Below are positions 14,501-25,619 of a stretch of DNA of 64,000 nt, one piece after another. The notes under the pieces are model-generated. The model saw nothing but the letters and a program-made list of their open reading frames with translations. It had not been told where the DNA came from and did no database searches. How positions within the stretch are numbered: position 1 is the first letter of the stretch; each line of letters opens with the position of its first letter. Both the position numbers and the translations under genes were made by a program. Origin of the DNA: Eledone cirrhosa. Lineage: Eukaryota. The DNA is taken from positions 39,618,001 to 39,682,000 of the forward strand of contig OZ024754.1 of NCBI GenBank assembly GCA_964016885.1, written 5' to 3'.

Positions 14501-17500
14501 GCCTCCAGTTGATCTGGCTGGATCCCCAAGCAAGACCAACCGAGCTTATGGATGTTATCCAACCACCTTGCTGCCTCCAGTTGATCTGGCTGGATCCCCA
14601 AGCAAGACAAACCAAGCTTAAGGATGTTATCCAACCACCTTGCTGCCTCCAGTTGATCTGGCTGGATCCCCAAGCAAGACCAACCGAGCTTATGGATGTT
14701 ATCCAACCACCTTGCTGCCTCCAGTTGATCTGGCTGGATCCCCAAGCAAGACCAACCAAGCTTATGGATGTTATCCAACCACTTGCTGCCTCCAGTTGAT
14801 CTGGATGGATCCCCAAGCAAGACAAACCAAGCTTATGGATGTTATCCAACCACCTTGCTGCCTCCAGTTGATCTGGCTGGATCCCCAAGCAAGACAAACC
14901 GAGCTTATGGATGTTATCCAACCACTTGCTGCCTCCAGTTGATCTGGCTGGATCCCCAAGCAAGACAAACCAAGCTTAAGGATGTTATCCAACCACCTTG
15001 CTGCCTCCAGTTGATCTGGCTGGATCCCCAAGCAAGACTACCCGAGCTTATGGATGTTATCCAACCACCTTGCTGCCTCCAGTTGATCTGGCTGGATCCC
15101 CAAGCAAGACTACCCGAGCTTATGGATGTTATCCAACCACCTTGCTGCCTCCAGTTGATCTGGCTGGATCCCCAAGCAAGACAAACCAAGCTTATGGATG
15201 TTATCCAACCACCTTGCTGCCTCCAGTTGATCTGGCTGGATCCCCAAGCAAGACAAACCGAGCTTATGGATGTTATCCAACCACCTTGCTGCCTCCAGTT
15301 GATCTGGCTGGATCCCCAAGCAAGACAAACCAAGCTTATGGATGTTATCCAACCACCTTGCTGCCTCCAGTTGATCTGGCTGGATCCCCAAGCAAGACAA
15401 ACCAAGCTTATGGATGTTATCCAACCACCTTGCTGCCTCCAGTTGATCTGGCTGGATCCCCAAGCAAGACAAACCGAGCTTATGGATGTTATCCAACCAC
15501 TTGCTGCCTCCAGTTGATCTGGCTGGATCCCCAAGCAAGACAAACCAAGCTTATGGATGTTATCCAACCACCTTGCTGCCTCCAGTTGATCTGGCTGGAT
15601 CCCCAAGCAAGACTACCCGAGCTTATGGATGTTATCCAACCACCTTGCTGCCTCCAGTTGATCTGGCTGGATCCCCAAGCAAGACAAACCAAGCTTATGG
15701 ATGTTATCCAACCACCTTGCTGCCTCCAGTTGATCTGGCTGGATCCCCAAGCAAGACAAACCGAGCTTATGGATGTTATCCAACCACCTTGCTGCCTCCA
15801 GTTGATCTGGCTGGATCCCCAAGCAAGACAAACCAAGCTTATGGATGTTATCCAACCACCTTGCTGCCTCCAGTTGATCTGGCTGGATCCCCAAGCAAGA
15901 CAAACCAAGCTTATGGATGTTATCCAACCACCTTGCTGCCTCCAGTTGATCTGGCTGGATCCCCAAGCAAGACAAACCGAGCTTATGGATGTTATCCAAC
16001 CACTTGCTGCCTCCAGTTGATCTGGCTGGATCCCCAAGCAAGACAAACCAAGCTTATGGATGTTATCCAACCACCTTGCTGCCTCCAGTTGATCTGGCTG
16101 GATCCCCAAGCAAGACAAACCGAGCTTATGGATGTTATCCAACCACTTGCTGCCTCCAGTTGATCTGGCTGGATCCCCAAGCAAGACAAACCAAGCTTAA
16201 GGATGTTATCCAACCACCTTGCTGCCTCCAGTTGATCTGGCTGGATCCCCAAGCAAGACTACCCGAGCTTATGGATGTTATCCAACCACCTTGCTGCCTC
16301 CAGTTGATCTGGCTGGATCCCCAAGCAAGACTACCCGAGCTTATGGATGTTATCCAACCACCTTGCTGCCTCCAGTTGATCTGGCTGGATCCCCAAGCAA
16401 GACTACCCGAGCTTATGGATGTTATCCAACCACTTGCTGCCTCCAGTTGATCTGGCTGGATCCCCAAGCAAGACAAACCAAGCTTAAGGATGTTATCCAA
16501 CCACCTTGCTGCCTCCAGTTGATCTGGCTGGATCCCCAAGCAAGACAAACCGAGCTTATGGATGTTATCCAACCACCTTGCTGCCTCCAGTTGATCTGGC
16601 TGGATCCCCAAGCAAGACAAACCAAGCTTATGGATGTTATCCAACCACCTTGCTGCCTCCAGTTGATCTGGCTGGATCCCCAAGCAAGACAAACCAAGCT
16701 TAAGGATGTTATCCAACCACCTTGCTGCCTCCAGTTGATCTGGCTGGATCCCCAAGCAAGACTACCCGAGCTTATGGATGTTATCCAACCACCTTGCTGC
16801 CTCCAGTTGATCTGGCTGGATCCCCAAGCAAGACAAACCAAGCTTATGGATGTTATCCAACCACCTTGCTGCCTCCAGTTGATCTGGCTGGATCCCCAAG
16901 CAAGACTACCCGAGCTTATGGATGTTATCCAACCACATTGCTACCTCCAGTTGATCTGGCTGGATCCCCAAGCAAGACAAACCGAGCTTATGGATGTTAT
17001 CCAACCACTTGCTGCCTCCAGTTGATCTGGCTGGATCCCCAAGCAAGACAAACCAAGCTTAAGGATGTTATCCAACCACCTTGCTGCCTCCAGTTGATCT
17101 GGCTGGATCCCCAAGCAAGACAAACCGAGCTTATGGATGTTATCCAACCACTTGCTGCCTCCAGTTGATCTGGCTGGATCCCCAAGCAAGACTACCCGAG
17201 CTTAAGGATGTTATCCAACCACATTGCTGCCTCCAGTTGATCTGGCTGGATCCCCAAGCAAGACTACCCGAGCTTAAGGATGTTATCCAACCACATTGCT
17301 GCCTCCAGTTGATCTGGCTGGATCCCCAAGCAAGACAAACCGAGCTTAAGGATGTTATCCAACCACCTTGCTGCCTCCAGTTGATCTGGATGGATCCCCA
17401 AGCAAGACTACCCGAGCTTATGGATGTTATCCAACCACATTGCTGCCTCCAGTTGATCTGGCTGGATCCCCAAGCAAGACTACCCGAGCTTAAGGATGTT

Positions 17501-20500
17501 ATCCAACCACATTGCTGCCTCCAGTTGATCTGGCTGGATCCCCAAGCAAGACAAACCCGAGCTTATGGATGTTATCCAACCACATTGCTGCCTCCAGTTG
17601 ATCTGGCTGGATCCCCAAGCAAGACTACCCGAGCTTATGGATGTTATCCAACCACTTGCTGCCTCCAGTTGATCTGGCTGGATCCCCAAGCAAGACTACC
17701 CGAGCTTATGGATGTTATCCAACCACTTGCTGCCTCCAGTTGATCTGGCTGGATCCCCAAGCAAGACCAACCAAGCTTAAGGATGTTATCCAACCACTTG
17801 CTGCCTCCAGTTGATCTGGCTGGATCCCCAAGCAAGACAAACCGAGCTTAAGGATGTTATCCAACCACTTGCTGCCTCCAGTTGATCTGGCTGGATCCCC
17901 AAGCAAGACAAACCGAGCTTATGGATGTTATCCAACCACCTTGCTGCCTCCAGTTGATCTGGCTGGATCCCCAAGCAAGACCAATCGAGCTTATGGATGT
18001 TATCCAACCACCTTGCTGCCTCCAGTTGATCTGGCTGGATCCCCAAGCAAGACAAACCAAGCTTATGGATGTTATCCAACCACTTGCTGCCTCCAGTTGA
18101 TCTGGCTGGATCCCCAAGCAAGACTACCCGAGCTTATGGATGTTATCCAACCACATTGCTGCCTCCAGTTGATCTGGCTGGATCCCCAAGCAAGACTACC
18201 CGAGCTTATGGATGTTATCCAACCACCTTGCTGCCTCCAGTTGATCTGGCTGGATCCCCAAGCAAGACTACCCGAGCTTATGGATGTTATCCAACCACCT
18301 TGCTGCCTCCAGTTGATCTGGCTGGATCCCCAAGCAAGACTACCCGAGCTTATGGATGTTATCCAACCACATTGCTGCCTCCAGTTGATCTGGCTGGATC
18401 CCCAAGCAAGACTACCCGAGCTTAAGGATGTTATCCAACCACCTTGCTGCCTCCAGTTGATCTGGCTGGATCCCCAAGCAAGACTACCCGAGCTTATGGA
18501 TGTTATCCAACCACCTTGCTGCCTCCAGTTGATCTGGCTGGATCCCCAAGCAAGACAAACCAAGCTTATGGATGTTATCCAACCACCTTGCTGCCTCCAG
18601 TTGATCTGGCTGGATCCCCAAGCAAGACTACCCGAGCTTATGGATGTTATCCAACCACCTTGCTGCCTCCAGTTGATCTGGCTGGATCCCCAAGCAAGAC
18701 CAATCGAGCTTATGGATGTTATCCAACCACCTTGCTGCCTCCAGTTGATCTGGCTGGATCCCCAAGCAAGACTACCCGAGCTTATGGATGTTATCCAACC
18801 ACCTTGCTGCCTCCAGTTGATCTGGCTGGATCCCCAAGCAAGACAAACCAAGCTTATGGATGTTATCCAACCACCTTGCTGCCTCCAGTTGATCTGGCTG
18901 GATCCCCAAGCAAGACTACCCGAGCTTATGGATGTTATCCAACCACCTTGCTGCCTCCAGTTGATCTGGCTGGATCCCCAAGCAAGACCAATCGAGCTTA
19001 TGGATGTTATCCAACCACCTTGCTGCCTCCAGTTGATCTGGCTGGATCCCCAAGCAAGACAAACCAAGCTTATGGATGTTATCCAACCACCTTGCTGCCT
19101 CCAGTTGATCTGGCTGGATCCCCAAGCAAGACAAACCAAGCTTATGGATGTTATCCAACCACCTTGCTGCCTCCAGTTGATCTGGCTGGATCCCCAAGCA
19201 AGACCAACCAAGCTTATGGATGTTATCCAACCACCTTGCTGCCTCCAGTTGATCTGGCTGGATCCCCAAGCAAGACAAACCGAGCTTATGGATGTTATCC
19301 AACCACCTTGCTCATGGTCTACCTCTGGATCTTCTGCCGGCTGGCTTTGCCCATAAAATTTGTCCAGCAATTCTAATCTTAGACATATTAACCCCATGTC
19401 TGTAGTATCACAGCTGTGAGCTCTTGATTCAGAGAAGTAGTGGCTTTACTTGGATCAACTCTCTGATCTCTAAGCCACACACCCTATCGAGTAACATTAC
19501 TCCAAAGACCTTTCGGAGGAACCCCATTTCGACTGCTTGTATTCGCGATCATATTCTTTCATTCGTTACCCAAGATTCATGACCATAGATAAAAGTAGGC
19601 AGAAACACCATATTGAAGATAACAAGTTTGGTTTTTTCACTTTCTTTTGATGACCTTAAATAGAGTATTTAGTAAAAATATTCCTTACTTGAGTGAGGGA
19701 CCGCCAATCAAGATTAGCACTGCCAATATAGAAATGTCTTCTGTCAATAAGCCACATCTTTGTGTGAATAATTCCACTTCCCATTAGTTTTTTCATGTCA
19801 ATATAACGAACAGACGCATGACCTGAAATAGAAAACAAAAAGCAATGGACTAGAAATTTGTTTTGTTAAATTAAATAACATTACAAATGCGAGTGAAAAT
19901 ATGAACACATATGATATATACAAAGCATATAAATAAATTTACAGTAGAATAACAACAAATGTGTTTTAGATATATACATAAATGCTTAGATAACATAAAT
20001 TGCTTGCGAGTCTTTCAGAAGGATATATTCCTTTAATGTTGCAATATTAAAGAAAATGTAAAGGAAGGGGTGGACAACGGAGTCAACACCAGAGCAAAAG
20101 ACAGCAGTGTCATTCTAAATCTATTCTTCATTCTATAATGACATAGATTTATAAATTTTGAATACTAACATGAATATTTGAAGTGGAAAGTAATCTTATT
20201 AACCTTTCTGAAACCAAACTACTTCAAACCATTCCTGGTTCTATGATACTACAGAGTGTGTAGTGCTTTTGATACCAAACCCTAAAACTACCCCTGGTTC
20301 TATGATACAAAGATCATCATCATCACTGTTTTACGTCCATTCTTCCATGCTAGCATGGGTTAGACGGGTTGTCCTGTTGTGGGCAGTGCCCGGTCGGCTG
20401 ACCTTGTCTTGCTCATAGGGGAACTGATTTTGGCTCCTAACACCAACCTCATTTACAGTGACTGCTGGGTGCTTTTTATCCATGGCGCCTACACGACCAT

Positions 20501-22742
20501 TTTACAGTGTGGGCTGTGTGCTTTTTTCTGTGGCATCTCCATGACCACTTTGCAGTGGGAGGGGGTGAGGGCACATTGTCTATATGCTTCAGCTTCGGCT
20601 TGTACCCATGGGACGTCTTATTTTAAAGTGGTAATATTTATCTAAAAATTCTTCCGTCATAATTTTATGTAAGAACCTTTGTGAAGTTATGTTCCAAAAA
20701 ACAACTTTATATATATATTTAAGCACCCAGTTCAAACTGTAAAGTGGTCGTGTAAGATACACAGTAAAAAGATCCCAGTCTACACTGTAAATGTGGTTGG
20801 TGTTAGGTAGGGTATCCAGCTGTAGAAAACCTGCCAGAGACAGTTCTGTACAAGTGAGATACAGTCACCCAACCAATCTTGCACCACGTGGGACAAGCCC
20901 GTCCAACCCATGCCTGCATGGAAGATGGACATTAAATGATGATGATGATGATGATATATATATATATAAAGATCAACTGAAAAACATGTTAACAATATTA
21001 AATACTATAATGTGTAGTTTTCTTACCTTCTTTAATTAATGTCTTTGTATTTGAAGTTTGTGCATGAATGTCTGGTTTATTCTCAACTATTCTAATGTCT
21101 ATATTCCTGTGTTTTCCAGCAGACAAAAGATGTTGAAAAATGTCTGTGCCCTAATATATGAAAAAAATTGTCATTTTAAACTATTATAATTTATAATGTT
21201 TAAGGAAAGAATTGCTGGACAGATTTTATGGGCAAAGGAGATTAAACATTTACCTTAGCATTTACATTACTCTATATTTATTATTGTATTTTCACAGTAA
21301 AGGCTTTATCTTACATAATTATCTCACATAATTTCGAATCTACGATATTTTGATGTTATTTATTTTACAGCCAGTTTGAACAGAAAGAGGTGAGAGAGTT
21401 CTGACCAGATATGGCCGGTTTAAGTGCTAAAGGGTTAATAAAAGTATGAGTGGCCGGTTACAGCCAGTTTGAACAGAAAGAGGTGAGAAAATTCTGACCA
21501 GATATGGCTGGTTTATATGCTAAAGGGTTAAAAAGACTTGCCCATTTGGAGCAAATACTAAAAAAATAACATTATAAGGTGGAGGAGAGATGCAGAGAGA
21601 TCACAACTCCAGTATTATGGACACGTGGTTACAATGTCTAAGGAAAGAATCGCTGGACAGATTTTACAGACAAAGCCGACTGGCAGGAGGCCGAGAGTTG
21701 GACTACAAGCAAGATGGTTGGACATTATCTATAAGTTCTGTTGGTCTCACTTGAAGATCCAGTCGGATCATTTGGAGACGGTTGTCTTTGATAAGACCCT
21801 TTCGAAGGGGTGTCTGAGGACTATCCTCCCAAATGGTAACTGATTTATATAGGGGCATAGGGGCTAAGTGGGCTACACCCCATGGCCTCAAAGTCCAGTG
21901 GGGCTCCATCCCACCAACATTGTATGCAACCCATAGAAAACAGAAGTATGATGATGATGGTGATGGTGACAATGACGATGACGAGGAGGAGGAAAATTAT
22001 GGCTAGATGTAATAGGATTTTGGTAAAAATCTTTAGTTGTTGGTTTACTCAGAACAATACTGTAGATTATTATGGTGAAATACAAACAAAACTTACTTCC
22101 CAGGCTGAAGGAAAGTGATACACATCTTTCTCTTGTAATGTCCAATAAAACGAAGCTATTTCAATTGTGTTTTTGGCATCTTCGATCAAGGCCAGGAGAC
22201 CGTTATATGTAGTTAGGTGGGACGGTGAACCAGGAGGATAGGTTAAATTTTCAGGGATAGTCTCAACTAAAGATACCCTAGAAATATAAATATAAAAACA
22301 AAGCAATATGAAGGATTGTGAGATATGTGGGTAGGATTGGATGGGAGGAAGGGCAGTTAAATTTAAGTTACAAATAATGAAAATTAGAGTAGATCAAAAG
22401 AACTATAACAAAACAACAGTTTACACTTTTACCTTACATTTCATGATATTTCAGGGCCAACACCCCTTTTTCAAAGGAAAGGAAATTTTAAGAAGTAGGT
22501 CCTAACCCCAAAATAAGTGTAAAATGTTGTTTTGTTTGTCTTTATTTCACTTTTCACTCTTTTATTTCTAACTTGCTTTGTACTGGGTTTTCCCAAAACA
22601 ATCCTAACCAAATATAAAAAGATTTTATCTGTTGAAATAAATGAAGTATTTTCTGAAAGTAATTAATTTAATGAGAATAAAGCAAATTGAAAATACTTGT
22701 TACTTTGTTATGAAGTACAGAAAACAAAAACAAAAACAAAAA

Positions 22743-22777
<35 letters not shown>

Positions 22778-25128
22778 AAAATGGCAATCAATGCTGATAG
22801 TCGAATAATATCTGAAGGCTATTAGAATAATTACAATATTTATCAATTAGAAAGAATTTCTAAAAAGTCATATTTGAGTTCAATTAGTTAATGAGGTGTG
22901 AAAATTTTGAAAATGGCATTATCTTGAAGATCTTTTTTTTTTTATCAATAAATAGGAAAGTAATTACGATCTAATATATTTGAAAATAGATGCTAAAAAA
23001 TAAAATGTATTAATTACTTCAGTTTAGATTGAAGCTTCAATTAAAATTACTTTTATTGCTATTTTTTTATATATCTATAAAAAATATCAAAGGTAAAAGA
23101 TATGTTAATATAATTCTTACACAATTAATATAGTTGTCAAAATTTACACAAACAACCACGATTTTAATACTACTACTAGACCACTTATGACCTGTTGGGT
23201 CATGTTCACTTAAAAATGATTTTTAAATAATAAAAATATACACAGACATGTATATGTGAAATGAAACTGAAAGGTCCATATATATACGTATGTGTATGTA
23301 TATATAAATGTGTGTGTGTGTATACATATATATATATGTGGGTGTCTGTGATCTATATGTGCTGGTCAGACACACACATATATATATACACACACACACT
23401 CACAATTATATATATATATATATATACACAACAACACCACCAGCTCTCTTCCATTCTCCTTCTCTGTCTCCTCTTTCTCTCTATGTTTCTTTCAACCTAC
23501 TCTCTCACAACCACTATCTCTTTCTCTCTCTCTGTTTATGAAGGTACCCGGAAAAACCCCATATCTTGGGAATGTGTGCTCCGATTTACGCAAAATTTGT
23601 TTTATTACATTTGTATTCCCATTTCAGGGACAACTTCCTTTCAAAGTATTTTCCCATTATGCGCCCTTTTGACTGTATTACATTACAGACAAACAAGCAA
23701 GCAATCACAGAGTTTTAGTAGTATCATCATCATTTTACGTCCGCTTTTCGCTGCTTGCAAGGGTGGGACGGGTCTTATTCAGCACAGCATCTCTCCACTC
23801 GTCACGGTCCCTCGTCATCTCCACCGTGAGCTTCAATGATCTGAGGTCTGTTCTCACCACCTCCGCCCATGTTTTTCGTGGTCTACCTCTACCACGTCTT
23901 CCTTCAACTGGCATTTCCTGGCACTTCTTCACCCATCGGTCATCCTCCATGCGCATCACATGTCCATACCACCTCAGTCTCCTCTCCCGTACACTACATT
24001 CTATCCCTCTCAAACACAGTTATGCTGGGTCGTTCACGCACATTTACACTGCACATCCAACGGAGCATGCTTGCCTCATTTCTCTCCAGCCGTCGCATAT
24101 CCTCTGCAGTTGCTGCCCATGTCTCACTACCATGCAGCATCGCGCTCCTCACACAGGCATCATACAACCGGCCTTTCGAACGCAGGGAGAAACCCTTCTT
24201 CGTCAACAGAGGAAGCAGCTCCCTAAACTTCTTCCAACCCGTCCTTATTCTAGATACTATGGCCTCGGAACACTCTCCTCCCATGCTAATCTGATCTCCT
24301 AGGTACCGGAAGCTATCCACCACTTCTATAGCGCCCTCTTGCATTTGAAAAATGTGTCTATCAGTGCGACTTCTACTGTCTAATTTCCCTGTACATCTAC
24401 TGCATACATATTTCTCCCTACCTGTTAGTTTGCCTGCTATCCCGCTACATCTCTTGTGTACCCAGGATCTGCATTGTGTGCATTTTATAGAATTTATGCC
24501 AGTTCCTTTTCTGCATATCGAACATGGCCATTTCCCTGACGGAATCAGGGTTTTGTCCTCTTTTCTACTCATCAACACTTTTGTCTTAGCTAGATTCACT
24601 CTCAGTCCTCTTGCTTCCAACTGCTGTTTCCATAGCCAGATAGATTACCATAATATTGCTATCATTAACATATTTATTTTAACCCTTTAACATTCACATT
24701 ACTCTATATATACTATTATATTTTCATGATAAAGGCTTTACCTCACATAACATCGAATCTATGAGATTTTGAAAGTATTTATTTTGAGAACAATACCTTA
24801 ACATCAGTTTGAGCGACCAGTTACAGCCAGTTTCAACAGAAAGAGGCAGAGAACTCTGGCCGGTTTGAACATTAAAGGGTTAATTATAGATTATGATGAT
24901 GATGATGATGATTACAGTCTGTGGTGTTTGAGACATTCTGTGGAGCTGGGCCATTGTTGTTGCTGGCACACAATAAAAAACCAACATTAACAACAAAGCA
25001 GCAACAAAGCTTTTTTTTTTAAATGTGAAATCTACTTACCAACAGTTATCAACTAAAGTTTGCTGATGTTCTATTACAAAAGATAAAACAATCACTGAAA
25101 CACTTGCGAAGAAGATGGCTTTTAGCAT
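1921..25128 (-). CDS. PLD3: PLD3/PLD4-family phospholipase D superfamily protein (putative 5'-3' exonuclease), paralogue A, 9 coding exons, 435 aa
   Basis: Exons reconstructed by hand with GT-AG boundaries and consistent phases: 25128-25040, 22277-22097, 21150-21027, 19822-19689, 13224-13027, 6338-6199, 5265-5103, 3427-3325, 2096-1921 (1308 nt). Motifs [65 protein letters not shown] and FQRDWNS are characteristic of PLD3. Confidence 0.93.
2167..2335. mobile_element. Tc1/mariner-pogo-like MITE (second copy about 55660-55830)
   Basis: TACCGTATTT...AAATACG termini; two similar copies in the window. Confidence 0.55.
2887..2974 (+). ncRNA. Degenerate Type I hammerhead-like motif (U16.1 to C, probably inactive)
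   Basis: 14-bp stem I with one mismatch (aacctttatttcta:tagaattaaaggtt) enclosing CTGATGA(2901-07)...GAAA(2948-51)-tcctgca-CA. Confidence 0.5.
3325..3427 (-). CDS. PLD3: PLD3-like A coding exon 8 with second HKD motif ([11 protein letters not shown])
   Basis: TAG acceptor, GTAAGA donor, 103 nt. Confidence 0.95.
4420..4968. repeat. (GAT/GGT)n compound microsatellite
   Basis: Seen directly. Confidence 0.95.
5103..5265 (-). CDS. PLD3: PLD3-like A coding exon 7 ([10 protein letters not shown]...KVQV)
   Basis: CAG acceptor, GTAAGC donor, 163 nt. Confidence 0.93.
5590..5995. repeat. About 46-bp degenerate tandem repeat of a dispersed family
   Basis: AAAATGCAC..TACTCTCTGTAAAGTGGTAGTGTTG units; also at 2590-2765, 26660-26940, 45865-46260 and 53725-54035. 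Confidence 0.85.
6199..6338 (-). CDS. PLD3: PLD3-like A coding exon 6 (SSPPPFC...VMDYAP)
   Basis: CAG acceptor, GTATGT donor, 140 nt. Confidence 0.93.
6359..6624 (-). mobile_element. 3' tail of the CR1/L2-like LINE family (many short copies)
   Basis: Matches 37770-38150. Other copies at 25865-26190, 35010-35235, 55960-56312, 61908-62010, 62145-62320, 63335-63458 and 63820-63895. Confidence 0.75.
7950..8930. repeat. (TA)n-GAAACC compound microsatellite interrupted by a hammerhead-bearing insert
   Basis: Seen directly; insert spans about 8226-8445. Confidence 0.95.
8254..8350 (-). ncRNA. Type I hammerhead ribozyme (solo copy), sense in PLD3-like A intron 5
   Basis: Minus strand: stem I uauuuuau / CUGAUGA / stem II aag-c-guaccaa(aguu)uugguac-c-cuu / GAAA / palindromic UAUAUA / UA / auagaaua. 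Distal stem I extension auuuauaaaac:guuuuauaaau. Confidence 0.8.
9385..11460. repeat. 2.1-kb (CA/TA/CAGA) compound microsatellite
   Basis: Seen directly; it produces the spurious CVYM/HTYI ORFs. Confidence 0.97.
11985..12270. repeat. About 61-bp minisatellite, about 4.5 units
   Basis: GAGACATATGAGACTGTCAACTCTTTTGTGAC.TTTAGGACAGAATTGACACC. Confidence 0.9.
13027..13224 (-). CDS. PLD3: PLD3-like A coding exon 5 (VKELG...NVYLS)
   Basis: TAG acceptor, GTAAGT donor, 198 nt. Confidence 0.93.
13555..19620 (-). mobile_element. Decayed RTE-like LINE 3' fragment containing an expanded internal minisatellite
   Basis: The 19310-19620 flank encodes degenerate [11 protein letters not shown]...[15 protein letters not shown]; 13555-13640 is the element end. 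Unexpanded relatives lie at 1-170, 21590-21835, 32425-32540 and 39808-40145. Confidence 0.75.
13636..19312. repeat. 72/71-bp minisatellite, about 79 units
   Basis: Unit TTGCTGCCTCCAGTTGATCTGGCTGGATCCCCAAGCAAGACTACCCGAGCTTATGGATGTTATCCAACCACC with a few recurrent variants. Confidence 0.98.
19689..19822 (-). CDS. PLD3: PLD3-like A coding exon 4 with first HKD motif (HTKMWLID...GSAN)
   Basis: CAG acceptor, GTAAGG donor, HxKxxxxD-x6-GSxN. Confidence 0.95.
21027..21150 (-). CDS. PLD3: PLD3-like A coding exon 3 ([22 protein letters not shown]...)
   Basis: 124 nt, same length and phase as the paralogous exon 42474-42597. Confidence 0.88.
22097..22277 (-). CDS. PLD3: PLD3-like A coding exon 2 ([13 protein letters not shown]...IASFYWTL...SAWE)
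   Basis: TAG acceptor, GTAAGT donor, PLD3 N-terminal motif. Confidence 0.93.
23725..24625 (-). mobile_element. RTE-clade LINE 3' fragment (frameshifted) with Cys/His finger and (GAT)n tail
   Basis: [10 protein letters not shown], CxxC..CxxCxxWVHxRC, [29 protein letters not shown]. Confidence 0.88.
24679..24884. mobile_element. piggyBac-type MITE (TTAA-CCCTTT...AAAGGG-TTAA), representative of a family with about 10 copies in the window
   Basis: TIRs beginning CCCTTTA and TTAA flanks. Other copies at about 12370-12820, 21250-21440, 25755-26287, 34043-34195, 35766-38340, 39354-39555, 44875-45100 and 62320-62530. Confidence 0.7.
25040..25128 (-). CDS. PLD3: PLD3-like A coding exon 1 ([30 protein letters not shown])
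   Basis: ATG at 25128 with in-frame TAA 12 nt upstream, AG acceptor just above 25155, GTAAGT donor; phase 2 fits the next exon. Confidence 0.75.
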
Positions 25129-25330
25129 TGTTCTGCTTTACACTTCATTAACAATCTAAAAATCAACAACAGAATAGCATATCATGTATATATATAAATA
25201 TAATTATATGTATTAATTATTTCCGTAGGAAAGATCTGTATATATGTGTTAAGTATTTCCATAGAAAAGGCAAAGGAAAGAAGAGTGCTCCATGTATAGT
25301 ACAGAGCTATTTAATTTCACAATATAATTA

Positions 25331-25400
25331 TTCCATTACCAAAGGTTTCAGGAAACTAGATGATCCTTACAGAAACATCCAGCTCATTCATCAGATGAAA
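25331..25400 (-). ncRNA. Type I hammerhead ribozyme, downstream unit of tandem dimer
   Basis: uuucau-CUGAUGA-stem II (cuggaug:caucuag)-GAAA-ccuuugg-UA-auggaa. Confidence 0.72.
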
Positions 25401-25543
25401 GAGTTATTAAAATAAATGTATATTTATATATATATAAATATATATATATGTGTTAAGTATTTCCGTAGAAAAGGTAAAGGAAAAAAGAGTGCTCTATGTA
25501 TTAGACAGAGCTATTTAATTACATAATAATCAATACAATATAA

Positions 25544-25619
25544 TCATTTCATTACTGAAGGTTTCAGGAAACTAGATGATTCTAGCAAGGAACATCCAGT
25601 TCATTCATCAGACAACATA
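25544..25619 (-). ncRNA. Type I hammerhead ribozyme, upstream unit of tandem dimer
   Basis: auguugu-CUGAUGA-stem II-GAAA-ccuucag-UA-augaaau; predicted cleavage site 216 nt from the partner copy. Confidence 0.62.

Noticed and set aside
13604-19397. Many long overlapping ORFs (up to 500 aa) and a superficially CRISPR-like repeat with variable positions
   Set aside because: 72 is divisible by 3, so frames stay open by chance. The variants are point differences, not unique spacers. There are no cas genes, and the array is intronic in a eukaryotic gene.
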